Source of the DNA: a virus
Lineage: Duplodnaviria > Caudoviricetes
Length of the DNA stretch: 64,000 nt
IMG/VR virus record: IMGVR_UViG_3300032030_000026
Location: 51,074 to 115,073 of that record
Strand: one strand, 5' to 3'
The translations under genes and the position numbers were made by a program. Shown piece after piece: positions 50,947 through 59,691 of this stretch. The notes under the pieces were generated by a model. It saw only the letters and a list, made by a program, of their open reading frames with translations, did not search any database and was not told the DNA's origin. How positions within the stretch are numbered: the first letter of the stretch is position 1; each line of letters begins with the position of its first letter.

Positions 50947-51321
50947 TTAAACTATTTCTTTCATCCGTTCTTGTAAAATATTCCAAATTGTTTGAAAATC
51001 CGGATAATCTTTATTAACGAATATACCTCTATATACGGCTACTATATTATATTCTTTACCACCGGTCTTACAACGAAGATCTTGATAATAGTGGTTTAAA
51101 CCTAACCGTAATACAAGACCACCAATAATTCTATAAACATCAAATTCATTAATTCTAGCTACTCGATCCTGAAACCTATCCGGATCTATACATATATAGA
51201 TATTGCCATTTGCACACTTTACCACATCTAGGTGGTGCAAATCTTCTAGTTTAGGATTAGATAACTTATATATTGATTTAGATCCTTTCCGTCCTATTAT
51301 AGATTCTTGTATAGACTTCAT
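50947..51321 (-). CDS. ESIIGRKG-leader paralogue 5
   Basis: MKSIQESIIGRKG; LSNPK..DL.HLDVVKCANG..Y.QDLR..NIVAVYRG. Confidence 0.75.
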   Translation of the reverse strand: MKSIQESIIGRKGSKSIYKLSNPKLEDLHHLDVVKCANGNIYICIDPDRFQDRVARINEFDVYRIIGGLVLRLGLNHYYQDLRCKTGGKEYNIVAVYRGIFVNKDYPDFQTIWNILQERMKEIV

Positions 51322-51323
51322 AT

Positions 51324-52712
51324 TTATAGTATTTCTAAATCTTTAAGATGTTCATTGACACTTAAGAGTTTTTCTATAATTCCGGTATCAGAACAACCCG
51401 ATTGTGTCGGATACATCATAGAGCAAAATAGATTTATCGGCTCTTTATGATCATCATAGACATTATCGATAAATTCTATATCTCCGGAAATTATGCACTT
51501 CTCAATCAGTATAGCTTCTTCTTCCGGAAGATTATCTAAACAGTCCCCAATCCGATTGATATTATATTCCGGAGAAGCATATTTCCACCCTTCTACTAAA
51601 CATTCGAACATATCATCCCCGACTAAAGTTTCTTCGAGATTCCGATAATTGCTAGATATTAAGCTTTCACTATATATATCCAAGAGTTCTTGTAAAAGCG
51701 GGCGAGTTTTTTTATCACTCTGCAGCCATGTAATTACGGATTTAACTCTCTGTGATACGGCCGCTCCGGTAATACCATATTGTTTTGCTAGTTCTACTCC
51801 GGTCATCTTTTTATATCCGTGTAATCCAAAGTATGAATAGAATATAGAAGTGGTCTTATCCGGGAACTTCTTATCTATCATATCATAGATTTTTTCCATT
51901 TGTCCGGTATCTTGAATCTTTCCGGCGGACGGGTCTACGGTCATTCCCGGGAGTTTATCCGCCAAGTTCCCATTTTCATTATCACTATTAGTAATATCTA
52001 TACGAACAGTAGAGAAAGAACGTCCTTCTTTTTCGGCTTTTTCAAATCCATGCTGAGTGACCCGGACCGTTCTGGAATAATTGTTAATATCATTAAGGAT
52101 CTGTTGTTTGATGCGCCATCCGGCATATTGCTTGAAACTAAGTTTCTTCATTTTATCATCCTCAACATTAGAATGAGTATTTCTTTTGTAATCGTTCATG
52201 GCTTTAACCAACCCCATATTGGCCGCACTTACCAATGAATTCCAATCTAACCCACACTTGCCTCTATATTTAGCGGCAATAGATACCGCCAGTTTAGAAT
52301 ATTGCTTCACAATACGAGCTCTTCCTCTCTCGGAAGTAAGATCAAGTGTAATATCCTCTATATTTTTATCGCCGGATATTAAAGATTTTCTATCTTCATC
52401 ATTTACAAGAAGAGGAAGTATTCCTATATTAGCATCTCCAATATTATTTAGATCATTTTTCAGACTTTCAATATTACTCTGGGATATGCCGGTGTCTCGT
52501 GCTACTACTTTCAGATCGGTAGCGCTGCCATGTATAATTCTGTTTAATATACTTTCATCGGTTATATTATAATGAATTAAGAGGTTTATAACTTTCCGAA
52601 CATCATCCGGGATGTTCTTACCCAGTTTGTTTACATATTCTTCCATATCCTTGCCGGATACAACGTTAAACCTTCTATTGTTTTCTAAGATTTGTTCGGT
52701 GAATGATTTCAT
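51324..52712 (-). CDS. sigma-70-family RNA polymerase sigma factor with N- and C-terminal extensions
   Basis: region 2 (LAVSIAAKY..L.....GLVKA..FKQYAGWRIKQQI..SRTVRV) and region 4 HTH (YFGL..MT..ELAKQYGITGAAVSQ). Confidence 0.85.
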   Translation of the reverse strand: MKSFTEQILENNRRFNVVSGKDMEEYVNKLGKNIPDDVRKVINLLIHYNITDESILNRIIHGSATDLKVVARDTGISQSNIESLKNDLNNIGDANIGILPLLVNDEDRKSLISGDKNIEDITLDLTSERGRARIVKQYSKLAVSIAAKYRGKCGLDWNSLVSAANMGLVKAMNDYKRNTHSNVEDDKMKKLSFKQYAGWRIKQQILNDINNYSRTVRVTQHGFEKAEKEGRSFSTVRIDITNSDNENGNLADKLPGMTVDPSAGKIQDTGQMEKIYDMIDKKFPDKTTSIFYSYFGLHGYKKMTGVELAKQYGITGAAVSQRVKSVITWLQSDKKTRPLLQELLDIYSESLISSNYRNLEETLVGDDMFECLVEGWKYASPEYNINRIGDCLDNLPEEEAILIEKCIISGDIEFIDNVYDDHKEPINLFCSMMYPTQSGCSDTGIIEKLLSVNEHLKDLEIL

Positions 52713-52857
52713 TGTTTTATACTATTTAATGATTAAAGAATAACCTAAAAAACAGCATATATGCATGGGGGTTTACAAAAAACATATAATTTTTAAAGTT
52801 TTTGTAAAAAACACCCTCTATATATTATATTTTTATTATAATAAATAATGGTTTATT

Positions 52858-53295
52858 GTGATATCAATATTCAACTTCATAAAATACAACATATATATTC
52901 GGCGGATTCTTAAAAACGAGAAGATTTTAGATAAGCTAAAATATCTATTTGGCGGACGAGAATTCAAGACCGATTGGATAAGCCGGATATATACCGTAGT
53001 AAATCCAAATATAGATAATATCTCCGCCGATGGTAACTTATTAATATATGATGATGGCCGCCCGGTGGTCGAGAAATGGATCATGGATAATTTGAATTTG
53101 ATGTCTAAATTTGTAACATCAAACAATTTATTTGACATCCTGACGTATAAAATAGAAAGATTGGATGATGATGATAACTATTTGATAGTATTCCAAAATA
53201 TATTTTATGACAGTGCAAAAAAATCATTAAAATGGATACTTGCCGGATTATCCGTGATATTAGTCGCAATTATTATATTAATTATAATATTTTAA
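52858..53295 (+). CDS. hypothetical protein with a C-terminal TM anchor
   Basis: 145 aa ending in a hydrophobic helix. Confidence 0.65.
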   Translation: MISIFNFIKYNIYIRRILKNEKILDKLKYLFGGREFKTDWISRIYTVVNPNIDNISADGNLLIYDDGRPVVEKWIMDNLNLMSKFVTSNNLFDILTYKIERLDDDDNYLIVFQNIFYDSAKKSLKWILAGLSVILVAIIILIIIF

Positions 53296-53313
53296 TAAAT
53301 AAACAGAATAAAC

Positions 53314-53934
53314 ATGGGAAAAGTTAAAAGACCCGACATTGAATTTGCAAAACTAGAAGATGTTGCTAAAACCGCGGAATTGTGCGAAAAACAATTGGAA
53401 CAATACAAGACCTGGGTGGATACTCTGAATGTCGACCAACTGAAAGAAGAAGAGAAGAAAATTATTGAGATTATTGACGAATACGAAAAAATTCTCAAGG
53501 AAAAAAATTATTCTCTGGGCAAGAAAGTAGTCTTTGATAATAAGACTTATATGAAAGAGAAAGTCTTCAAATTTATCCAAGATATTATTAATAAGCGCGA
53601 AGTGGGATATTCCGAAACTCTTGGTTTATATCAATTATACCAATACTGGGGATCCGCCGGAGATACCGTTTCTTATCCAATCCTGGATAGTACATTGCGG
53701 ACACTGGAAAGCACACCAAAATTCAAGGGCATGGCCGATTGGGAGAAGATCTTGGTTATTAACGAATATTTTAAAACCAACAATACGGAAATGACTATGG
53801 ATTACCTCCAGCAGATTTATTATGCACATCTCCACAATGCTATTATTGATATGCTTCAGCTTAAAGATCCAGATGCCACTAAAAAGGCGAGTACGGGAAC
53901 CGAAGCCAAGGAAGGACCCATTCAGATGGATTAA
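53314..53934 (+). CDS. hypothetical protein
   Basis: 206-aa ORF followed by a terminator. Confidence 0.75.
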   Translation: MGKVKRPDIEFAKLEDVAKTAELCEKQLEQYKTWVDTLNVDQLKEEEKKIIEIIDEYEKILKEKNYSLGKKVVFDNKTYMKEKVFKFIQDIINKREVGYSETLGLYQLYQYWGSAGDTVSYPILDSTLRTLESTPKFKGMADWEKILVINEYFKTNNTEMTMDYLQQIYYAHLHNAIIDMLQLKDPDATKKASTGTEAKEGPIQMD

Positions 53935-53956
53935 CATATCCGGAACAAATAATTTC

Positions 53957-53981
53957 GAGGGCTCTCCGGAGCCCTCTTTTT
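53957..53981 (+). terminator. intrinsic terminator
   Basis: GAGGGCTC-tccg-GAGCCCTC-TTTTT. Confidence 0.75.
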
Positions 53982-53988
53982 ATAATAT

Positions 53989-54612
53989 ATGGTCACTATA
54001 GGAATAGACCCATCCATCAATTCCACCGGAGTGTGCGTCCGAACACCGGACACTTATAAATATTATATTATATGTTCTAAGATGTCCGGTAAGATGAAAT
54101 CCTTTGTACACAATAGGATACACCTTATAAATTACAATAAAATTCCGGTCACCGGACTAGAATATCCCGATAAGGAATATGTAAAATCGGAGAATATTTA
54201 TAAAATCATCGGAGCTGTTGGAGAAATAATTGACTATTACTTACAGGATATTCATTTAAAATCCAATAAGTTATACACCGGAATCTCCGATGAGTCCGAT
54301 AAAAGTTCCGATAAAAGTTCCGATAAAATTATAGTAAATATGGAAGGCATTAGTTATGGTAGTGTGGGAAGTGCGGCATTGGCGGACTTAGCCGGTTTAA
54401 ATTTTGCTATTCGGATGCTTTTATTAAGTAAAGGTGTGAAATTTCAAATAATATCACCAATATCACTTAAAGTATTTGCCACCAGCAATGCCGGAGCCTC
54501 TAAAGAAGAAATGTCCTGGGCTTGGAAGTTATTAGATCCGGAAATGAAAGATATAGATAAAATAAAAATAGACGACCTTGCGGACGCCTATTTTCTATCT
54601 CGTTATGAATAG
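53989..54612 (+). CDS. ruvC: RuvC-like Holliday junction resolvase
   Basis: IGIDPSINSTG, MEG.SYG, P.SLK.FAT..G.ASKEEM, DDLADAY. Confidence 0.85.
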   Translation: MVTIGIDPSINSTGVCVRTPDTYKYYIICSKMSGKMKSFVHNRIHLINYNKIPVTGLEYPDKEYVKSENIYKIIGAVGEIIDYYLQDIHLKSNKLYTGISDESDKSSDKSSDKIIVNMEGISYGSVGSAALADLAGLNFAIRMLLLSKGVKFQIISPISLKVFATSNAGASKEEMSWAWKLLDPEMKDIDKIKIDDLADAYFLSRYE

Positions 54613-54615
54613 ATG

Positions 54616-55206
54616 TTATATAATAAAGTCTGTATAAGCAATCCCTTTGATGATTTTATTCTCTTCGGGCACGTCTTCTAATGCATTATGTATGTCATTC
54701 CACATCTTCACAATCCATGATCTGGTATCGAGGAATGGATCAATCTCCGGGGCTTTTTTGCTTTCTAAAATTTCCTTAATTTCAGGCAGCGATTCCGATA
54801 CTTTCTCGTAAAGAGAAATTATATCGTTTGGAGTTCTAATGTTATCCAAATCACAGGCACGAATAGGGGTTTTATCCATTACTTTCAGGCCGGAATGCAA
54901 GTTATAAACAACGCCTGAACATTCGGTTAGCGAGTTTTTAATACATCCGATCATATAGGACCTGTTATCAATCAGCAATTTTTGTCCAATTTTAATATTT
55001 TTTACCGCTTCTTTCAGATCATCAAACTCACTTGACATTTCGAAGTATCCGGTTCTAATAGTATCATTTTTGATATTTTCGGATTTTCCTTCCAGACATG
55101 CAAATTTTATATCATATGATTCTATCATATGATTTATATTTTTCTTTATATGATCTAATGCGAATTGAGAATCTCTTGTTCTTTGTATGTTGGATATTTG
55201 CTGCAT
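54616..55206 (-). CDS. hypothetical protein
   Basis: 196-aa ORF. Confidence 0.7.
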   Translation of the reverse strand: MQQISNIQRTRDSQFALDHIKKNINHMIESYDIKFACLEGKSENIKNDTIRTGYFEMSSEFDDLKEAVKNIKIGQKLLIDNRSYMIGCIKNSLTECSGVVYNLHSGLKVMDKTPIRACDLDNIRTPNDIISLYEKVSESLPEIKEILESKKAPEIDPFLDTRSWIVKMWNDIHNALEDVPEENKIIKGIAYTDFII

Positions 55207-55222
55207 TGTTATCTTGAAATTA

Positions 55223-55915
55223 TTAAATTGTTCCGTTAAATATATCTTCTACTTCGTGCATATTATTAATTAATGTTCTGATATTTAATTCACGATATGA
55301 TAATATTAATATCGCACCCATCAATTTTCCTTGATAATACAGGTTATATGTATATACCCATTTTACATCGTGATTTTGAGAAGCCATCCTATGAAGTTTG
55401 GGATCTACCTTTTCAAAGTCTGCAAATGAGCAATACATAAATTGTTGTTTCGTAAACTCCGGATTATCAAAAATATCATATTTAAATATGTGTTCGTCTT
55501 TCAACGGATTGATATCAATATACGGAACACCATCTTGATATACATCCATAGTCACATCAAATTTATAAAAAGGAAACGCGGATACCGCATTTTCCGAACC
55601 ATTATGATATTCTATAAGATATATATATTGACATCCGGTTTCACGGAGCATGGATCTCAGCTTCTGTTTAACCATCACGTATGTTTCCTGGCTAGCGATG
55701 AGCTTAGCTTCGTGATCTATATTTTCTTGTTCCATAGTCTGCTCAATAGACTCCGGCACTACTTGGCGGATCTTATTATCTACAACATATACGGTTGTCA
55801 AAATGGCGGCGGTTACAAGTAATACTATTATAACAGCCTTTTTCCCATGTTCTTTTATCAATTCTAATGCCCAGGTGCCATATTCTTTCAACCATCCTAA
55901 TATTGTCGTCCACAT
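55223..55915 (-). CDS. putative holin (single TM plus GAF-like soluble domain, T4 gpT-like topology)
   Basis: one TM helix, then IYLIEYHNG..F..F.....GV segment. Confidence 0.4.
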   Translation of the reverse strand: MWTTILGWLKEYGTWALELIKEHGKKAVIIVLLVTAAILTTVYVVDNKIRQVVPESIEQTMEQENIDHEAKLIASQETYVMVKQKLRSMLRETGCQYIYLIEYHNGSENAVSAFPFYKFDVTMDVYQDGVPYIDINPLKDEHIFKYDIFDNPEFTKQQFMYCSFADFEKVDPKLHRMASQNHDVKWVYTYNLYYQGKLMGAILILSYRELNIRTLINNMHEVEDIFNGTI

Positions 55916-56050
55916 ATTATAAACATTGCTATTTTCATAAAAAATAAAACAAAAACCCGGTTTATAGGTTAGAGAATTTAATCCATACTTTAGTGTATGT
56001 GCATAATACGGCAGATAAACTATCTTGTATATTAATTTGTTTTGACACCC

Positions 56051-57901
56051 CTAATCTCTTAATATATAAACTTTTCCATCTGTGAATAAACTAGTAGGGT
56101 CACCGGATGCTTGCCATGAACCGCTAATTTTTTGATAAACTCTTGTTGCTTCTACATACACACCATTCACTTTCACATATACTTTTCTTTGAGATAATTC
56201 TTTTATGACAATTATATGAGATTCCGTGACATTAGAAAGAGTGTATGTGTATGGTGAATTGCTCCCAGACAATTGCGATTTGACGCTTGTCCCGTTGTCT
56301 GTCACATCTACAGCTGACAGATCGCTGATACTCAAGCTGAAAGACTGGTCGTGCCCCTCCCAAACAGAGACCGATGCCGGAGAGATCGTGTCTCCGCTTG
56401 ATTGAGAAGATGCTGTCACTTGATATTGCGGACGAGTCTCAAATCTCACAGTCTTTGTCTTGTCAGCTACAGCAGTGTACGCATAGTATACGTCGCTCTT
56501 GTACTCGTACTCAATGATCAAATCCGCGCCATAGAAATAGACCATTCTGTTAGCCGCTCCAGCTCTTCCTGTTATCTTCAGTCTTGCTGAGCTGAGCTCT
56601 TCTCTAGTGAATCCGTCAATATTTGCCAGATCATATACCGCAGCGCTAGTTTTGTCGTACCAGTCTCTGTTCCTGTCACTTTTTGATGTTGTACCCGAGT
56701 AAAGCTGGATTCCAGTGTCGGCAGTAGAGAAAGTGTTGCTTACGCATATCTTTGCTCTGCAGCTTACTGACAGTATCACAGCATCTTGCGGAACAGATGA
56801 GACATCGAAGTTATAGTATATAGATTGTGTAGAATTACGAGTGCCAACTTGAAGCGTCACTTTTGTGGTGCTGCTAGTGTCAGTGTATCCATTTGAGAAA
56901 TTCCCTGTTCCAGAACCATTGTACGTGTTGTCAGAGTATGACCCAGGAACAAGTGTGGACGTAGTCTCATCTATCTTTTCTTTTAGCTCCCAAGCATTGT
57001 TCTTCACATCATCATCAAAGATGTTGATGTGGTCTATCTCATTCGTGTTTATCCTGATCTCGACATCTTGACCAAGACCAGCTTTGACTGTTGTCCCGCT
57101 TGAAGGAACAGTTGAGCTTATAAGCGAAGAATTGTTAGTGACAGTGATATATACAGCTGGAACATCTTTCACCACGACAGTGTGGTCTGCACTGATGTCA
57201 TCTATCACATAAAGATACGTGGTCCCAGAATCATGGACAAGACGATTTGTCACATTGTCCCCGTTGTCTTCTACAGCTATCTCTGACACATTCGTGATAT
57301 TAAGGAATCTCACTGTTGCAGATTCTCCTTTAGAAGCTTCTTGTGTGCTGGGGCTCACAGTGACACTTTCGGATTGAGAAGATGCATTGACCGTGTATAT
57401 GTATTCATCATAAGAGTAATTGACAGTTAGATCAGATCCATAGAAATATACATTTCTATTACTACTTCTTCTTGCGTAGATCCTGAGTTGAAGGTCTTCT
57501 ATCTCTTCTCTTGTCCAACTACCAGTGTCAGAGAATGTTCGTACATCAATATCAGTGTTGTTCGTGAAATCTATTGCACTTCCTTTAGCAGAGTCTCCAT
57601 AGTACAACTGGATAGTGCTAGAAGTCATACCATTAGAATTTGTGCATCGTATCTTTACATCGCACTTAATAGAATCTATGACAGCCTCATCTGGTATCTC
57701 ATTGAATCCACCAAATCCGAATACAGGTCCACCTATTCCGCTTGAAGCAGGATTGTAATTGCAATACGTGGAAGAATTGGCTGAGGTGAATGCGTTCTCA
57801 GCTGGATAGGAAGTTGATATAGAACCAACAGTTCCAATAAATCTTATGAATTCTGACGGAATTCTTTGAACTTTAAGTCCAGTGTGATGTACTACTCTCA
57901 T
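56051..57901 (-). CDS. fibre tip/adhesin with a duplicated beta-sandwich and Ig-like repeats
   Basis: two copies of P.DAVI.S..C....IQLY.G....TREE..L.I..VYFYG.DL; Ser/Thr-rich; C-terminal VYVKVNG....VY.K.SG.W. Confidence 0.7.
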   Translation of the reverse strand: MRVVHHTGLKVQRIPSEFIRFIGTVGSISTSYPAENAFTSANSSTYCNYNPASSGIGGPVFGFGGFNEIPDEAVIDSIKCDVKIRCTNSNGMTSSTIQLYYGDSAKGSAIDFTNNTDIDVRTFSDTGSWTREEIEDLQLRIYARRSSNRNVYFYGSDLTVNYSYDEYIYTVNASSQSESVTVSPSTQEASKGESATVRFLNITNVSEIAVEDNGDNVTNRLVHDSGTTYLYVIDDISADHTVVVKDVPAVYITVTNNSSLISSTVPSSGTTVKAGLGQDVEIRINTNEIDHINIFDDDVKNNAWELKEKIDETTSTLVPGSYSDNTYNGSGTGNFSNGYTDTSSTTKVTLQVGTRNSTQSIYYNFDVSSVPQDAVILSVSCRAKICVSNTFSTADTGIQLYSGTTSKSDRNRDWYDKTSAAVYDLANIDGFTREELSSARLKITGRAGAANRMVYFYGADLIIEYEYKSDVYYAYTAVADKTKTVRFETRPQYQVTASSQSSGDTISPASVSVWEGHDQSFSLSISDLSAVDVTDNGTSVKSQLSGSNSPYTYTLSNVTESHIIVIKELSQRKVYVKVNGVYVEATRVYQKISGSWQASGDPTSLFTDGKVYILRD

Positions 57902-57903
57902 GA

Positions 57904-58302
57904 CTATTGTTGTATGTATATGTCTCCATCGATTCCTTGAGAGTTATTAGGAGCACTATTTCCTATATAGATAGATACCGGTGTGACTAATGTCCAAGTG
58001 CCATTCACGACTTGAAGGATTTTGTTATTATCAGACGAGGAAACCGTAGGCAATTCCTGTACCACGATATTCGCCGTGGCATTCTGCGATGCATTGGCGG
58101 TAAATGTAGCCACATTTGACCCATTTTTCTGAATTGTGAGCGTGGCATTGTTTATCGTGGGAATAGTCGGCTTATCATCCAGGTCGTTATAAGAGCCGGA
58201 TGTGGCGACCGGAGCCAGTGCTTCTTGAAGGGCTTCGAACGCCACATTTATCCAATCTCTAAATCTGGTCAGATTTTCTAAAGATATAAATTTAGACTTC
58301 AT
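57904..58302 (-). CDS. fibre adaptor module
   Basis: KFISLENLTRF N-terminus, SGSYNDL.DKP, NATLTIQKNG..TFTAN, C-terminal GNSAP...G.DGDIYIQ. Confidence 0.7.
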   Translation of the reverse strand: MKSKFISLENLTRFRDWINVAFEALQEALAPVATSGSYNDLDDKPTIPTINNATLTIQKNGSNVATFTANASQNATANIVVQELPTVSSSDNNKILQVVNGTWTLVTPVSIYIGNSAPNNSQGIDGDIYIQQ

Positions 58303-58335
58303 AGACCAAATAAATAAGATTTATTTGCGGCTTTT

Positions 58336-59646
58336 TTAGCTACCGGACTGGGTAGTGAACAGAGCATCGATGTCTGTTTGAGATGCTACAATTAGTTGTG
58401 CTTTTTGGCTAACTATAGCAGCATCTATTGAAGAATCCGTATTTCCGGTTACAACGGAAATGCCGACCATAGATTCTTCAATGTTTATTGTAGTGTTTGA
58501 ACTCTGGTTAGCTGTGAACGTTCCGACTTGTGCGCCGTTTTTCTGAACAGTTAAAGTACCATCATTGGCGGACACGGTATTAGCATTTTTCCAAACGCGG
58601 TTAGTGGCATCCCACATTAAGACCTGGCCATCGGCTACATTGGTTATGGTGACATTATTAAGACCCTCCAAAGGAATGGTCAGAGTAATATCACCATTAG
58701 CATCGGCGGAAGCTTTAGTACCGCCATTGACAGTTACACCAATACCGGCAAGTTTGGTTTTTTCAGCCGTAGTGTAATTATTGTCGGTGTGTACATAGTT
58801 AGTATCTTGCACGAGGTTTTGTGGCTTATTAGCGATATAAGCATCGGATGTATTATCAGCTTCATTCCAGTCGGCTTGTACGTTCACCTCGGCTCCAGCT
58901 TCGATGTTAAATAATTTTGTTTTCTCGTCAGCTGTAATAAATTTGTTTGCAGAATTGGTATCATCTACCAAATCGGCATCCAGCTTATGGTCTTCATCAA
59001 TTTCGGACTGCAGACCGGAAACCAGAGCAGCAACACTAAATCTAACTGTACTACCATTTTTTAAAGTCAGGACAACTTCCTTTGTGGTAGAATCATAAGC
59101 ACCATTAACAACCACACTCTCTAATGGGAGGTCAATAGTTTGTGCCGTTCCTAAATTATTCCCATCCTGGTCTTTCAACTGCAAGGTAACTACGTAGTCC
59201 GCCGATGTTCCCTGATCATTGATCGACAATGACACACCCGCACCATATTTTGTGGTATCCGGAAGAGCATTAACTTCCGAAGCAGTAGTAGGCACGGAAA
59301 TGTCGACCTCAACATCATCGTCAGCATTAGCGGTAAATGTACCTACGGAAGTACTATTTCTCTTAATAGTCAAGGTAGCATTGTTTACCGTAGGAATCTC
59401 GGGCTTATTTAATATCATAGCATCGCCGGAAGTGGCATTCCAGTCGGCCTGTACGTTCACTTCGGCACCCTCTGCAATACCGGCTAATTTTTCTTTTTCC
59501 GCGGTAGTATAGTCATTAGTAGAAAGATCCTTTCCGGTTACTTTTTTGACATACGTCGCCTCGGCGTGTTGCATTTTTTCATATAGCTCATCTAATTTAT
59601 CTTTAAATCTAGAAAGATTACTAAGGGTTATGAATTTATCGATCAT
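58336..59646 (-). CDS. fibre shaft protein (head/collar-fibre type repeats)
   Basis: LSTNDYTTAEK.KL.GI, AEVNVQADWN, TLT..NG..GTFTAN repeats; N-terminal KFITLSNLSRF, C-terminal ASQTDIDALF. Confidence 0.75.
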   Translation of the reverse strand: MIDKFITLSNLSRFKDKLDELYEKMQHAEATYVKKVTGKDLSTNDYTTAEKEKLAGIAEGAEVNVQADWNATSGDAMILNKPEIPTVNNATLTIKRNSTSVGTFTANADDDVEVDISVPTTASEVNALPDTTKYGAGVSLSINDQGTSADYVVTLQLKDQDGNNLGTAQTIDLPLESVVVNGAYDSTTKEVVLTLKNGSTVRFSVAALVSGLQSEIDEDHKLDADLVDDTNSANKFITADEKTKLFNIEAGAEVNVQADWNEADNTSDAYIANKPQNLVQDTNYVHTDNNYTTAEKTKLAGIGVTVNGGTKASADANGDITLTIPLEGLNNVTITNVADGQVLMWDATNRVWKNANTVSANDGTLTVQKNGAQVGTFTANQSSNTTINIEESMVGISVVTGNTDSSIDAAIVSQKAQLIVASQTDIDALFTTQSGS

Positions 59647-59691
59647 AATAAAAATTTTTATTAAATAATATTGATTAAATTCAAAATCTGG

